Counted from the stretch's first letter, positions 50,128 to 58,679 are shown. The stretch is DNA of 64,000 bases from a virus (IMGVR_UViG_3300028797_000097), one strand, 5' to 3'. Program-made: numbers and translations. Notes: generated by a model not told the origin, from the sequence alone.

Positions 50128-51447
50128 ATGAAGATTACAAAGACACAAGCCGGTATGATGGAACGCTGGGGCAAGGCTCCAGGCGGACTTTCAGTCGCTG
50201 GCATTAAGGACAATCTTGTCCGTTATAATACTGCACGTCTTTTGGAAAACCAGCAGACTAAGAACCTCGGTTCTGAACTCTTGACTGAAGATTTTACTCA
50301 GGGCGTAGGTGCTCCACTTGGTCTTGACCAGGGTATTCCACACGGTGGTGACGCAAAGGGTGTTTTCGCACCGATTTCTTTGGCACTTGTCCGTCGTGTT
50401 TTCCCACAGCTTTTCGCTAACGTCCTCGTTGGTGTTCAGCCATTGACTGGTCCTGTCGGTCTTGCTTTCGCACTCCGTTACATTTATAAGACCAATAACC
50501 CGAACGAACTCGTTGAAGCCGCATGGAAGGCAGTTCCTCGCTTCTCTGGTTATACCGGTTCTACCGCTAACACAGATGGCGAATGGGATGCTGGTACTGG
50601 TGTTGATACTCAGTCTGCTGAAGGCTGGAAGATCACTGGTCCGACCTTCGGTTCTGATGACCCGTCTGTAAGCCGTAAGATGCCAGAACTTGGTCTTATG
50701 CTCAGCCGTCAGTCTATCGTTGCTAAGACCCGTAAGCTCGCTGCTAGCTTCTCTCTCGAATCTGCAGCTGATATCAAGGCTATGCAGGGTATCGAAATGA
50801 TGACTGAAATGATCAACGTTCTCCAGCAGGAAATGACTGCAGAAATGGACCGTGAAACAATCGGCCGCTGCAAGAGCCTCTGTACTCCACGTGTTTACAA
50901 CAAGGCTGATCAGACCCTCGCTAACAACGATTCCTTCATTGGTACAAACTCTCAGGAACGTTTCGGTCTCATCATCACTCACATCATGAAGGGTGTTAAC
51001 GACATTCGTACCGCTACTCGTCGTGGTGCTGCTAACATTGCAGTCGTCTCCCCAGACGTTGCTACTGTTCTTCAGGTTGCTAACCCATGGTTCACCAAGG
51101 TTGCTCATGAAGTTAACGGTTCTGCAGTTACTCCGGAAATGGGTACTCTTAACGGTGTTGTTAAGGTCTTCTGTGACCAGTATGCTGTTGACGAATTCGG
51201 TGCAAACGACAACGGTGAAGTTCTCTTAGCATTCAAGGGCTCTAGCCTCTATGATGCAGGTGTTATCTTCTGCCCATACGTTACCGGTGTTGTCAATCAG
51301 GCTATCGATCCTAACGACTTCTCTCCAAGAGTCGGTATCATGAGCCGTTATGGTTTCGCACACAACATGCTTGGTGCTGAAAACTATTATCGCTTGCTCA
51401 AGTTCAACGGACTCTTCGCAGACGCTCCAGAGTCTCTCGTTTGGTAA
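50128..51447 (+). CDS. gp23: Major capsid protein (T4 gp23)
   Basis: LVRRVFPQLFA...GVQPLTGPVGLAFALRY, AKTRKLAA, FCPY, GIMSRYG; late promoter 50070-50077. Confidence 0.97.
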   Translation: MKITKTQAGMMERWGKAPGGLSVAGIKDNLVRYNTARLLENQQTKNLGSELLTEDFTQGVGAPLGLDQGIPHGGDAKGVFAPISLALVRRVFPQLFANVLVGVQPLTGPVGLAFALRYIYKTNNPNELVEAAWKAVPRFSGYTGSTANTDGEWDAGTGVDTQSAEGWKITGPTFGSDDPSVSRKMPELGLMLSRQSIVAKTRKLAASFSLESAADIKAMQGIEMMTEMINVLQQEMTAEMDRETIGRCKSLCTPRVYNKADQTLANNDSFIGTNSQERFGLIITHIMKGVNDIRTATRRGAANIAVVSPDVATVLQVANPWFTKVAHEVNGSAVTPEMGTLNGVVKVFCDQYAVDEFGANDNGEVLLAFKGSSLYDAGVIFCPYVTGVVNQAIDPNDFSPRVGIMSRYGFAHNMLGAENYYRLLKFNGLFADAPESLVW

Positions 51448-51470
51448 TCGATATTGAACAAACAGATTTA

Positions 51471-51499
51471 AAAATACAGGTCTTTATGGCCTGTATTTT
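51471..51499 (+). terminator. gp23 terminator
   Basis: AAAATACAGGTC-5-GGCCTGTATTTT. Confidence 0.8.
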
Positions 51500-51521
51500 T
51501 ATTTAATAATAAATAATACAT

Positions 51522-52148
51522 ATGAGATTTAAGGATTTTTACAATTTAAACGAAAGCATTTATGCAAATGTTTCTAAGCTTAAAAAACTATTTAATCTTG
51601 CATTAGATGGCGGAAACTTAGATGATTATCTTAGGGTTGATAGATATGCACCAGAAGAATTAATACTTATTTCACCTATGATTTTAGATGAAATAACAGA
51701 AGAAGAAGTTATAAAGATTTGTGATTCTGCTGGTTTCTATTGTAGTATTCATCACAATGATAAAGGAAAACCTCTTCCTTTTGACCCTATCTATATTACA
51801 CCAAAGAACCAAAAAGAACCGCTAAACATTGGCGCACAAGAATATTATCATTGTTCGTTAGCTGCAAATTTAGATAAATCTGGTTTACGTTTAAAATCAA
51901 GAAAGGTTGATAATGATTATGATGTATATGATGATAGAATTTATCTAGTTCCTGTTGCATTAGCTGGCGATCCAAATGAAATAATAGACATGGTTGCATC
52001 AGAACATAATTGCGATAAATCTGAAGTTTATGTTTATAAAGTAACTTTACCTAAAGGATATGAAGTCTATCAAGACCCAACTAAGCGTGAAGCAGTATAT
52101 GTAACTAATGCAATTCCACCTAAATACATTACAAAAATAAATTTGTAA
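51522..52148 (+). CDS. Putative ADP-ribosyltransferase/Tpt1-like fold protein with CTS-like N-terminus
   Basis: MRFKDFYNLNE; YYHCS...SGL...RIYL...YKV...YQDP...AVYVTNAIPPKYI. Confidence 0.55.
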   Translation: MRFKDFYNLNESIYANVSKLKKLFNLALDGGNLDDYLRVDRYAPEELILISPMILDEITEEEVIKICDSAGFYCSIHHNDKGKPLPFDPIYITPKNQKEPLNIGAQEYYHCSLAANLDKSGLRLKSRKVDNDYDVYDDRIYLVPVALAGDPNEIIDMVASEHNCDKSEVYVYKVTLPKGYEVYQDPTKREAVYVTNAIPPKYITKINL

Positions 52149-52239
52149 ACTTTTATACAAGAATTACCAAAAATTTTTTATAAATAAAATAGGTGTATGG
52201 GAATGGTCCCGTGCATAGGAAAATTTAGGAGAAATAACC

Positions 52240-52623
52240 ATGAAACGTAGAGAAGACATTTACAATTTGGGTAATGATTACTTCCAGAAGGCTGAAGTTT
52301 ACTTCCGTACAACTTCCGCAGAAGTTGAAGCAGTTAGCGGTAAGAGCCCAGTTTATTCTGATGGTATCTATCACTATACTCAGGAACCGGTTTACGAACT
52401 CTCTGGTGGCACTAGTGCTCTCAACAAGAGAATCTTCAACGTTCTTCCACAGAAGGATTGGACACCAGTTGACTTCGAAGGTGCTGATACATTCAGCGCT
52501 ATCAATGATGCTTCTGCTGTCTTCAGCAAGGATTATGCAACTGGTATTGTTGTTGACCTCAACGGCGGCGACACTGCTAAGAGCGACTGGTCTAAGACCC
52601 CAGGTGGCAAGACTGACAAGTAA
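52240..52623 (+). CDS. Highly expressed small late protein, candidate capsid decoration protein
   Basis: Codon bias like gp23, own TATAAATA (52179-52186), 5' hairpin, AGGAG RBS. Confidence 0.55.
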   Translation: MKRREDIYNLGNDYFQKAEVYFRTTSAEVEAVSGKSPVYSDGIYHYTQEPVYELSGGTSALNKRIFNVLPQKDWTPVDFEGADTFSAINDASAVFSKDYATGIVVDLNGGDTAKSDWSKTPGGKTDK

Positions 52624-52648
52624 TCATTAACAGATTATAAACAATTTA

Positions 52649-52678
52649 AAAAGCCTTAGAGTAAAATCTAAGGTTTTT
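52649..52678. terminator. Bidirectional terminator
   Basis: AAAAGCCTTAGA-6-TCTAAGGTTTTT. Confidence 0.75.
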
Positions 52679-52983
52679 TATTTTAATAATTCTTCAATTT
52701 TTTTATCAACTTTATAATTTTCTTTTTCCATCATACCGTCCATTGCCCAGGAAATATCTTTTTTAAATTCTTCTTCATTAAATACATATTTTTTGAACAA
52801 GCGTGTATAACCAGCATTAAAGTGAATATAACATATTAGCTCGTTAGATATTATAGAAATGTTACCAAATAGGTAATGACGATTAAAGCCAATAAGATAC
52901 ATATATTGAGAAATACGACAAGAATAAAGCTTATATTTCTTTATTATGTCAATAATATCTTGTTCAACATATATTCTCTGCAT
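52678..52983 (-). CDS. Hypothetical protein
   Basis: 101 aa AT-rich ORF. Confidence 0.45.
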   Translation of the reverse strand: MQRIYVEQDIIDIIKKYKLYSCRISQYMYLIGFNRHYLFGNISIISNELICYIHFNAGYTRLFKKYVFNEEEFKKDISWAMDGMMEKENYKVDKKIEELLK

Positions 52984-52997
52984 ATTTTATATATTAA

Positions 52998-53023
52998 AAA
53001 ACCGGAACGTTAATTCCGGTTTT
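52998..53023 (-). terminator. Terminator with AAAACCGG arms
   Basis: AAAACCGGAA-6-TTCCGGTTTT. Confidence 0.75.
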
Positions 53024-53042
53024 ATTTTAATGTAATATTTTA

Positions 53043-53696
53043 TTATCGTCTATTTCTATGATAAGCAGACTGTCTAGTACCTGCTGCTAAGTCCATGTTA
53101 GAACCACCGAACATAGCGCCTTGTAATACAAAAAGAACTGCAGTTGAATTTTTTGCAGCTTGAATTCTGGCACTTAATGTCTTGTAATACTTATCACCAG
53201 TTACTTCGCGAGCCTTTTCAAGAAATTCTGCCTTTGCAACATCAAGACCGACTTCATCAGCAAGCTTTGTAAAGTAACCGTCTTTAATATAATCTGCACA
53301 AAGTTGAGAAAGCGGAGTTCCTTCAGCAGTTCCGAAACCTTCATCTAATGTCATATTTTCGTCTAAAGTCATGCCTTCTAAGTCGAGGTCATCTTCTAAA
53401 GCTTCGTCAACTTTGTCTTTCTTCTTTGCCCAGAAAGGAACAAAATCGGATTTCTTACCTTTCTTCTTACCTTTCTTTTTCTTGCCACCACAACCGCAGC
53501 AACCTTCATCAAGTTCATCATCGTCTTCAATTTCTTCGTCTTCACGAATTAATTGATAACCTGCTTCTTCGGCAATACGCTTTGCCTCTTCGAGCTCTTC
53601 ACGAGCAACACGTTGACGGAAAGATTCGCCTTCTGAATTCTTGACGACGTGATAACCTTTACCTTCTACAATTTTTTTAGCTTCTAAAAATGTCAT
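53043..53696 (-). CDS. Putative prohead core/internal protein with two EAxxI..GY motifs
   Basis: Acidic, Cys-cluster and Lys tracts; several LDE sites; divergent from gp21. Confidence 0.6.
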   Translation of the reverse strand: MTFLEAKKIVEGKGYHVVKNSEGESFRQRVAREELEEAKRIAEEAGYQLIREDEEIEDDDELDEGCCGCGGKKKKGKKKGKKSDFVPFWAKKKDKVDEALEDDLDLEGMTLDENMTLDEGFGTAEGTPLSQLCADYIKDGYFTKLADEVGLDVAKAEFLEKAREVTGDKYYKTLSARIQAAKNSTAVLFVLQGAMFGGSNMDLAAGTRQSAYHRNRR

Positions 53697-53800
53697 ATTA
53701 AAGTCCTTTAATTGTTATTTATATTATTTATAACTTCATAATTCCGAAAAATTTAAATATTAAACTATAAATATATTAATAGAATATAAGGAATTTAAAT

Positions 53801-54466
53801 ATGGAAGCTAAAAAGTTATTAAATGAAGCTGCTATTGCCGAATCAAAGATTCTTAATGAAGAAACTAACGGCGTAAAGCACATGTATATTTCTGGTCCTT
53901 TCCTTCAGGCTGTAGATACTAACAGAAACGGGCGTATCTATTCTAGGGAAATTATTGAAAGAGAAGTTAATAAGTTCCAGGGTCTTATTGAATCTCGTGA
54001 AGCTGTTGGTGAACTTTCTCACCCAGAATCAATCGAAATTAACCCAGACCGTGCAGCAATCTTGATTACTGAATTAAAGATGGATGGTAATCTTGCAATC
54101 GGTAAGGCTAAGGTTCTTACTACCCCATGTGGAAAGATTCTCGAATCTCTTTTGAATGATGGCGTTCGTATGGGTGTTTCCTCTCGTGGAACTGGTAACT
54201 TGACTGAAGGTAACATGGTTGCAGATGACTATTCTCTTGCAACAATCGATGCGGTTTATATGCCATCTGCTCAGGTTGCTTATGCTGATGCAATGTATGA
54301 ATCTGTCCAATATGCATCTAAGTGGGTTCTTAATGAAGCAACTGGTCTCTATATTGAAAAGAGAGAAAAGGTTGACGAAGCTACTAAGGCATTCAATAAG
54401 AAGGTTGACGATATTGGTTCTAAGATTATCGTTGAAGCCTTTAAGGATTGGTTAAAGGCAATCTAA
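53801..54466 (+). CDS. gp21: Prohead protease (T4 gp21)
   Basis: NRNGRIY, AVGELSHP, GVSSRGTG, IDAVYMPSA. Confidence 0.95.
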   Translation: MEAKKLLNEAAIAESKILNEETNGVKHMYISGPFLQAVDTNRNGRIYSREIIEREVNKFQGLIESREAVGELSHPESIEINPDRAAILITELKMDGNLAIGKAKVLTTPCGKILESLLNDGVRMGVSSRGTGNLTEGNMVADDYSLATIDAVYMPSAQVAYADAMYESVQYASKWVLNEATGLYIEKREKVDEATKAFNKKVDDIGSKIIVEAFKDWLKAI

Positions 54467-54485
54467 AATAAATTTACATAAAATA

Positions 54486-54515
54486 AAAATAGAGGTTTTA
54501 AAACCTCTATTTTTT
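54486..54515. terminator. Bidirectional terminator
   Basis: Perfect palindrome AAAAATAGAGGTTTTAAAACCTCTATTTTT. Confidence 0.8.
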
Positions 54516-55581
54516 ATATGGATGCTTTTTCACAGAATACGTTATGGTCCCAATATTGAATTGCGTTCGTAAACCATTCAACTTGTTCCATAGAAATAGG
54601 TGTATATCTATGATAATCTGTTGCTAAGTCAAAACCGTTTTTCTTAGCAAATGCTCTTCCATGAATGTGACCATAAAGAACAATACTATCTGGATAACGA
54701 GGATGAACCTTACCTTCATCCGGTTCGTGAATTACATGATAAGTCTTTTTATTATGTTCAAACGTAGCCTTAGATACAACGTCTATATGCCTATTCTTTA
54801 GCTCAGAAACAGCCTTATTAACGTCTGTTTCTATCTTCCTATCATAATTACCCATGACCAAAATAAGCTGCTTATAATTCAAATCAGATAGTATATTTTT
54901 CATCGTAGAGACATCACCGAAGTCACCAGCATGATAAACAATATCGTTCATCGTAACAGTCTTATTCCAGTTGCTAATCATTTCCAAATCCATTTCAAAA
55001 AGATTAACAAATGGTCTTCTGGAATAATTCAGAGTTCTTTCTTGAGAGAAATGTGTATCAGAAGTGAAGAACATATCTGTAGGAGACTTTTCAAGTTTCT
55101 TGACAACATGTTTCAAGAGTTCTTCAAGATTATTCCAATACTTGATTTTCTTCATATCAAGTCTGCACTTGAGATAATCATTCTTTTCTGCCCAATCAGG
55201 AAAACCAGAGTAAATACCAGGCTTGTCGAACCAGTCACCAAATTCAATATTGGTTGTAAATGCAGGATGTTTCTTTTGAATATCTCTTGCAACCCAGAAG
55301 ACAATAGCAGAAGCTTTCTTCATTGCGATATATTCCCAAGTGGTTTGCTTGAGCAATGCTTTATCACCATACTTTTCACGAAGCTTCATAAAATCCGGAT
55401 TTGTAGGGGTAATAACTTTACCAGTAAAACTTAACTTTTCGAGAATTTCAAATGCTTCTTTTCTCCAGTCATCTTCATAGTTTTCTCTAGGGCAAGGACC
55501 AGCTAGGAAGATAGAATTATTCATATCACCAGATAATTGTTCTTCTGGATCCATGTCAGTATTAACTTTTATTATATTCAT
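54514..55581 (-). CDS. Fusion of nucleoside 2-deoxyribosyltransferase-like domain and calcineurin-like metallophosphoesterase
   Basis: IFLAGP...W...TWE...AIVFW...TTNIEFG, then SDTHF, HAGDF, GNYD, IH, GHIH; start moved to ATG 55581 (GAGG RBS). Confidence 0.8.
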   Translation of the reverse strand: MNIIKVNTDMDPEEQLSGDMNNSIFLAGPCPRENYEDDWRKEAFEILEKLSFTGKVITPTNPDFMKLREKYGDKALLKQTTWEYIAMKKASAIVFWVARDIQKKHPAFTTNIEFGDWFDKPGIYSGFPDWAEKNDYLKCRLDMKKIKYWNNLEELLKHVVKKLEKSPTDMFFTSDTHFSQERTLNYSRRPFVNLFEMDLEMISNWNKTVTMNDIVYHAGDFGDVSTMKNILSDLNYKQLILVMGNYDRKIETDVNKAVSELKNRHIDVVSKATFEHNKKTYHVIHEPDEGKVHPRYPDSIVLYGHIHGRAFAKKNGFDLATDYHRYTPISMEQVEWFTNAIQYWDHNVFCEKASI

Positions 55582-55605
55582 ATTATCCTCTAATAATTCG
55601 TAATA

Positions 55606-55628
55606 CAAATATAGAAAAAGACTGTCAA
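55606..55628 (-). promoter_or_regulatory. TTGACA-N9-TATATTTG promoter overlapping a terminator hairpin (55618-55639)
   Basis: Perfect TTGACA lies within AAGACTGTCA-AG-TGACAGTCTT. Confidence 0.55.
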
Positions 55629-55662
55629 GTGACAGTCTTATGTAAATTTTATTTGACTTTTA

Positions 55663-56217
55663 TTAATATAATGGACCGCGGCCGCGTTGCATGTTGTTGA
55701 AACTTTGCATTGCCATATCGTCGAGGAATTCATCAGCTTCTTCAGGACCATATTCGTAAGATTCGTCGTCATTTTCAATATCGAAATCATCAATATCATT
55801 ATAGACTTCATTATCTGGAATATTGTTCGGATCAGTTTCCCATTCAATATAACCCTGGAAATTGCAACGTTCGCAACCTTCACCACCGCAATCAGGACAG
55901 ATATTTACTTCTTGGTCATCACAACATTCTCTATGATCAGCTGAGCAACAGTCATCACCATCACAGTTGAGTCCGCATTCCTTCAAAAGATAATCTTGGA
56001 ATTTCTTGGAATCAAAAACCGGATGCTTGCCAGAATACTTCTTAGATTCCTTAACAAAACGTAAACCGTTTGCATTAACGATTCGCTTTGCTTCAGCAAG
56101 CTTTTCTTCTGGGGTCATTTCTTTTTCTTTTGATTCAGAAACTTGCTTCTTGTCAGTCTTTCTAACAAGATGATAGCCATTCTTCTGAACAATCTTAACT
56201 GCGTCTTCAAATTTCAT
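55663..56217 (-). CDS. Cys-rich putative head protein with two EAxxI..G[YL] motifs
   Basis: MKFEDAVKIVQKNGY, LAEAKRIVNANGL, CPDCGGEGCERC. Confidence 0.6.
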   Translation of the reverse strand: MKFEDAVKIVQKNGYHLVRKTDKKQVSESKEKEMTPEEKLAEAKRIVNANGLRFVKESKKYSGKHPVFDSKKFQDYLLKECGLNCDGDDCCSADHRECCDDQEVNICPDCGGEGCERCNFQGYIEWETDPNNIPDNEVYNDIDDFDIENDDESYEYGPEEADEFLDDMAMQSFNNMQRGRGPLY

Positions 56218-56229
56218 TTTAAATTCTCC

Positions 56230-56658
56230 TTAGGTAAATTTTAAAAGTAATCCGTATTCATTTTCTAATTTCTGAACTGTGTCAGACATTAGGTTATTCA
56301 ATGCAACTTTGCTCTTGAATTGTTCAGAAAGTTTTTCAACTTCATCAATATAGAAGCGAAGTTTTCTAAGTGCATTTTCTTTATTGTAGATTTCGTCAGA
56401 AATCATGTAGTTCTTGGATGCAACTTTGAATGGTGTTCCAGTAGCCAAGACGATTTCAACGAGTTGGTCTGCAAAATCTCTAATTGTTTCGTATACTGTC
56501 TGGAAATGTGTGTGGTGGAAACCAGAATCACATGACCAGTGGAAAATGTGGACCTTATTGGCAAATGTAAGAGAATCTACTGCGAAAGTATACAAATTCT
56601 GATATTCTGCCTCATTAGTTCCAGCAAGATATGATATAAAAGTTTCTGTTTCTTCCAT
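56230..56658 (-). CDS. Dps/ferritin-like protein
   Basis: HIFHW...HHTHF...YE...DQLVE ferroxidase-type pattern; late promoter 56674-56681. Confidence 0.7.
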   Translation of the reverse strand: MEETETFISYLAGTNEAEYQNLYTFAVDSLTFANKVHIFHWSCDSGFHHTHFQTVYETIRDFADQLVEIVLATGTPFKVASKNYMISDEIYNKENALRKLRFYIDEVEKLSEQFKSKVALNNLMSDTVQKLENEYGLLLKFT

Positions 56659-56704
56659 AAAAATTCCTTTTATTATTTATAATTATTAAACTCTGAATTT
56701 TCGG

Positions 56705-58675
56705 TTAATTTTCTATTGGATGATCTGCCCTATATTCTTTAAGTGCATTCTTAGCAGTTGAACGGAACAATGCTGGAACATTATCATTAATCATCTGCTC
56801 ATTTGCGACAATAGTTAATGTTCCTTCATCATTTTTAAACTTGTTGAAATATCCTTTAGCCATTGGTTTATAAAGGGTTGGAACATACTTGTCAATATCA
56901 GCTTCTGTTAAAGTGATAAGGTCTGGATTTTGTTGAACCTTTGGTTTTGGTTGTTCTTTTACAGGTTCTGGTTCTGGTTCTGATTTTGACTGATCTACTA
57001 CAGGTTTAGGTTCAGATTTTGGTTGTTCTGTCGATGCAGTTTGTTCCTGTGTAGCAGGTTTATTATTTTTAGACATATAGTTTTCATAAGCTGATTTAAA
57101 CTTATCTTTTTCTATTTCACCATTACCATAGAGCATGTTATAGTTTAAGCCTTTATTATCTTCACCTAAACCATCTTGTATATCTTGTTTTGCCGCGATT
57201 TCACCCCATTGTGTAGAAGTTAAACCTTGATATTTTCTTTCGTTAGGGTCAGCTTTAGAAATGCCAGCCTTTGCTAATTTTTCTTCACTGATTTTTGGTT
57301 TATCGTTTGTATTATTTTCTTGCTGTTCTGGATATAATGTTACTGGGGTGTCTAATTTTACCGGTTTCATTGGATCTTCTGCTACAGAAGTTTTAACTTT
57401 TGCAGTATCAATAGGTTTATTGTCTGAATTTCCTATTGTTACTATAGTATCATTCGGTAAATCAGTATTTTCATTATTAGCATATTCAGTTTCAGAATTT
57501 ATCATATTTAAAACTCTAGCATCATGTCTTTCTTTAAGACCTTCCCAGTCTTTTTCATTGACAATGCTTTGAGCTTTTGCACGTTCTTCTTCGGTATAAC
57601 CAGCATCATAAGTTTTATCATATCTCGGTTTACCATTATCGAGTTCACCTCGCATCATTCTATATGCGAGTTCATCAGTTCTATCTTCAGGAGATAACGA
57701 ATTTAAGTCAACAGGATTATTATTTCTATTTGACTGAATAAGAACATCATTTAATACCATTTCACTATCAGTATTAGTTTCTGGACGTTCTTGTTCTGTA
57801 ACAGAATCAGTAACAGTATTTTGACCAGTTGGAACTTCACCGGCATTATTAAATTCATTTTGTAATGCAGTATTATTTGAATCAGGAAGAGCAACGTCTG
57901 GACTTGTCGGGTCAACAGTAATATCAGTAACATTTTCTACTGGCTTTTCTCCGCTATTAGTTGATTCTTGTAATGGACTATCTGGATTAGATTCTTCAAT
58001 AACTGGAGCAGTAACTTCTTCTGTCGGTGCAGGAGATTCTTGTGCTGTTGATGGTTCTTCTTCCTTGGTTTCTTTTGCATAAGCGTCTTCTTCACCTGAA
58101 AGAACATAGAAGGAACGATATGAAAATTTTAAAGTCCATTTTGCAATATCAGCAGAGCTATAATCAAGATCAAATTTAGTATAGTCTACAAGCTTTAATT
58201 CTTTGAATACATATTTTAAATAAACGGTTGAAAAAATATTATTAAAAACATATACAGTTAATTCTGGAATATAATCAGTCAATTTATATTCGAATGTATC
58301 TTCATCAAATAATTTTGATAAAAATAAATTTACCAGATTAGTAATAGCAAGCGTTCCATCTTTAGTATAATGTTCAATTAGTTCTATTTCTAAATCACCC
58401 AAAGATGTTGGGTCCATATAAATAATGGTTTTGCTATTATTACCATATTCAAAGATTTCTTCTTTTGGTTTATATGACGGTAAAGTAACAGAAGTGCATT
58501 CACAAAGCTCAATTTCACCATTTTCTGGCTTTGTGGTTTTTAAAGCATATCTGTTCTCTTTTGGACTATTATCATTCCAAAAATCAGCATCATCAAGTTT
58601 TAAACGAACCTGATAAGAATCTGATAATTTTATAGTTTTGGTCGTTAAATAGCCATAAATATTGCATAAACTCAT
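56705..58675 (-). CDS. Tail-tube-fold protein with long extension containing a Cpl-7 (CW_7)-like repeat
   Basis: N-terminal CTSVTLPSY...LEIELIE...LTVYVF...WTLKFSY; DELAYRMMRGELDNG...AGY...QSIVNE. Confidence 0.6.
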   Translation of the reverse strand: MSLCNIYGYLTTKTIKLSDSYQVRLKLDDADFWNDNSPKENRYALKTTKPENGEIELCECTSVTLPSYKPKEEIFEYGNNSKTIIYMDPTSLGDLEIELIEHYTKDGTLAITNLVNLFLSKLFDEDTFEYKLTDYIPELTVYVFNNIFSTVYLKYVFKELKLVDYTKFDLDYSSADIAKWTLKFSYRSFYVLSGEEDAYAKETKEEEPSTAQESPAPTEEVTAPVIEESNPDSPLQESTNSGEKPVENVTDITVDPTSPDVALPDSNNTALQNEFNNAGEVPTGQNTVTDSVTEQERPETNTDSEMVLNDVLIQSNRNNNPVDLNSLSPEDRTDELAYRMMRGELDNGKPRYDKTYDAGYTEEERAKAQSIVNEKDWEGLKERHDARVLNMINSETEYANNENTDLPNDTIVTIGNSDNKPIDTAKVKTSVAEDPMKPVKLDTPVTLYPEQQENNTNDKPKISEEKLAKAGISKADPNERKYQGLTSTQWGEIAAKQDIQDGLGEDNKGLNYNMLYGNGEIEKDKFKSAYENYMSKNNKPATQEQTASTEQPKSEPKPVVDQSKSEPEPEPVKEQPKPKVQQNPDLITLTEADIDKYVPTLYKPMAKGYFNKFKNDEGTLTIVANEQMINDNVPALFRSTAKNALKEYRADHPIEN

Positions 58676-58679
58676 ACAT

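Noticed and set aside
50191-51108. 305 aa antisense ORF inside gp23, and similar ones inside gp18, gp20, gp22 and the phosphoesterase fusion
   Set aside because: Expected shadow of strong codon bias on the coding strand; no RBS, promoter or recognisable motif.
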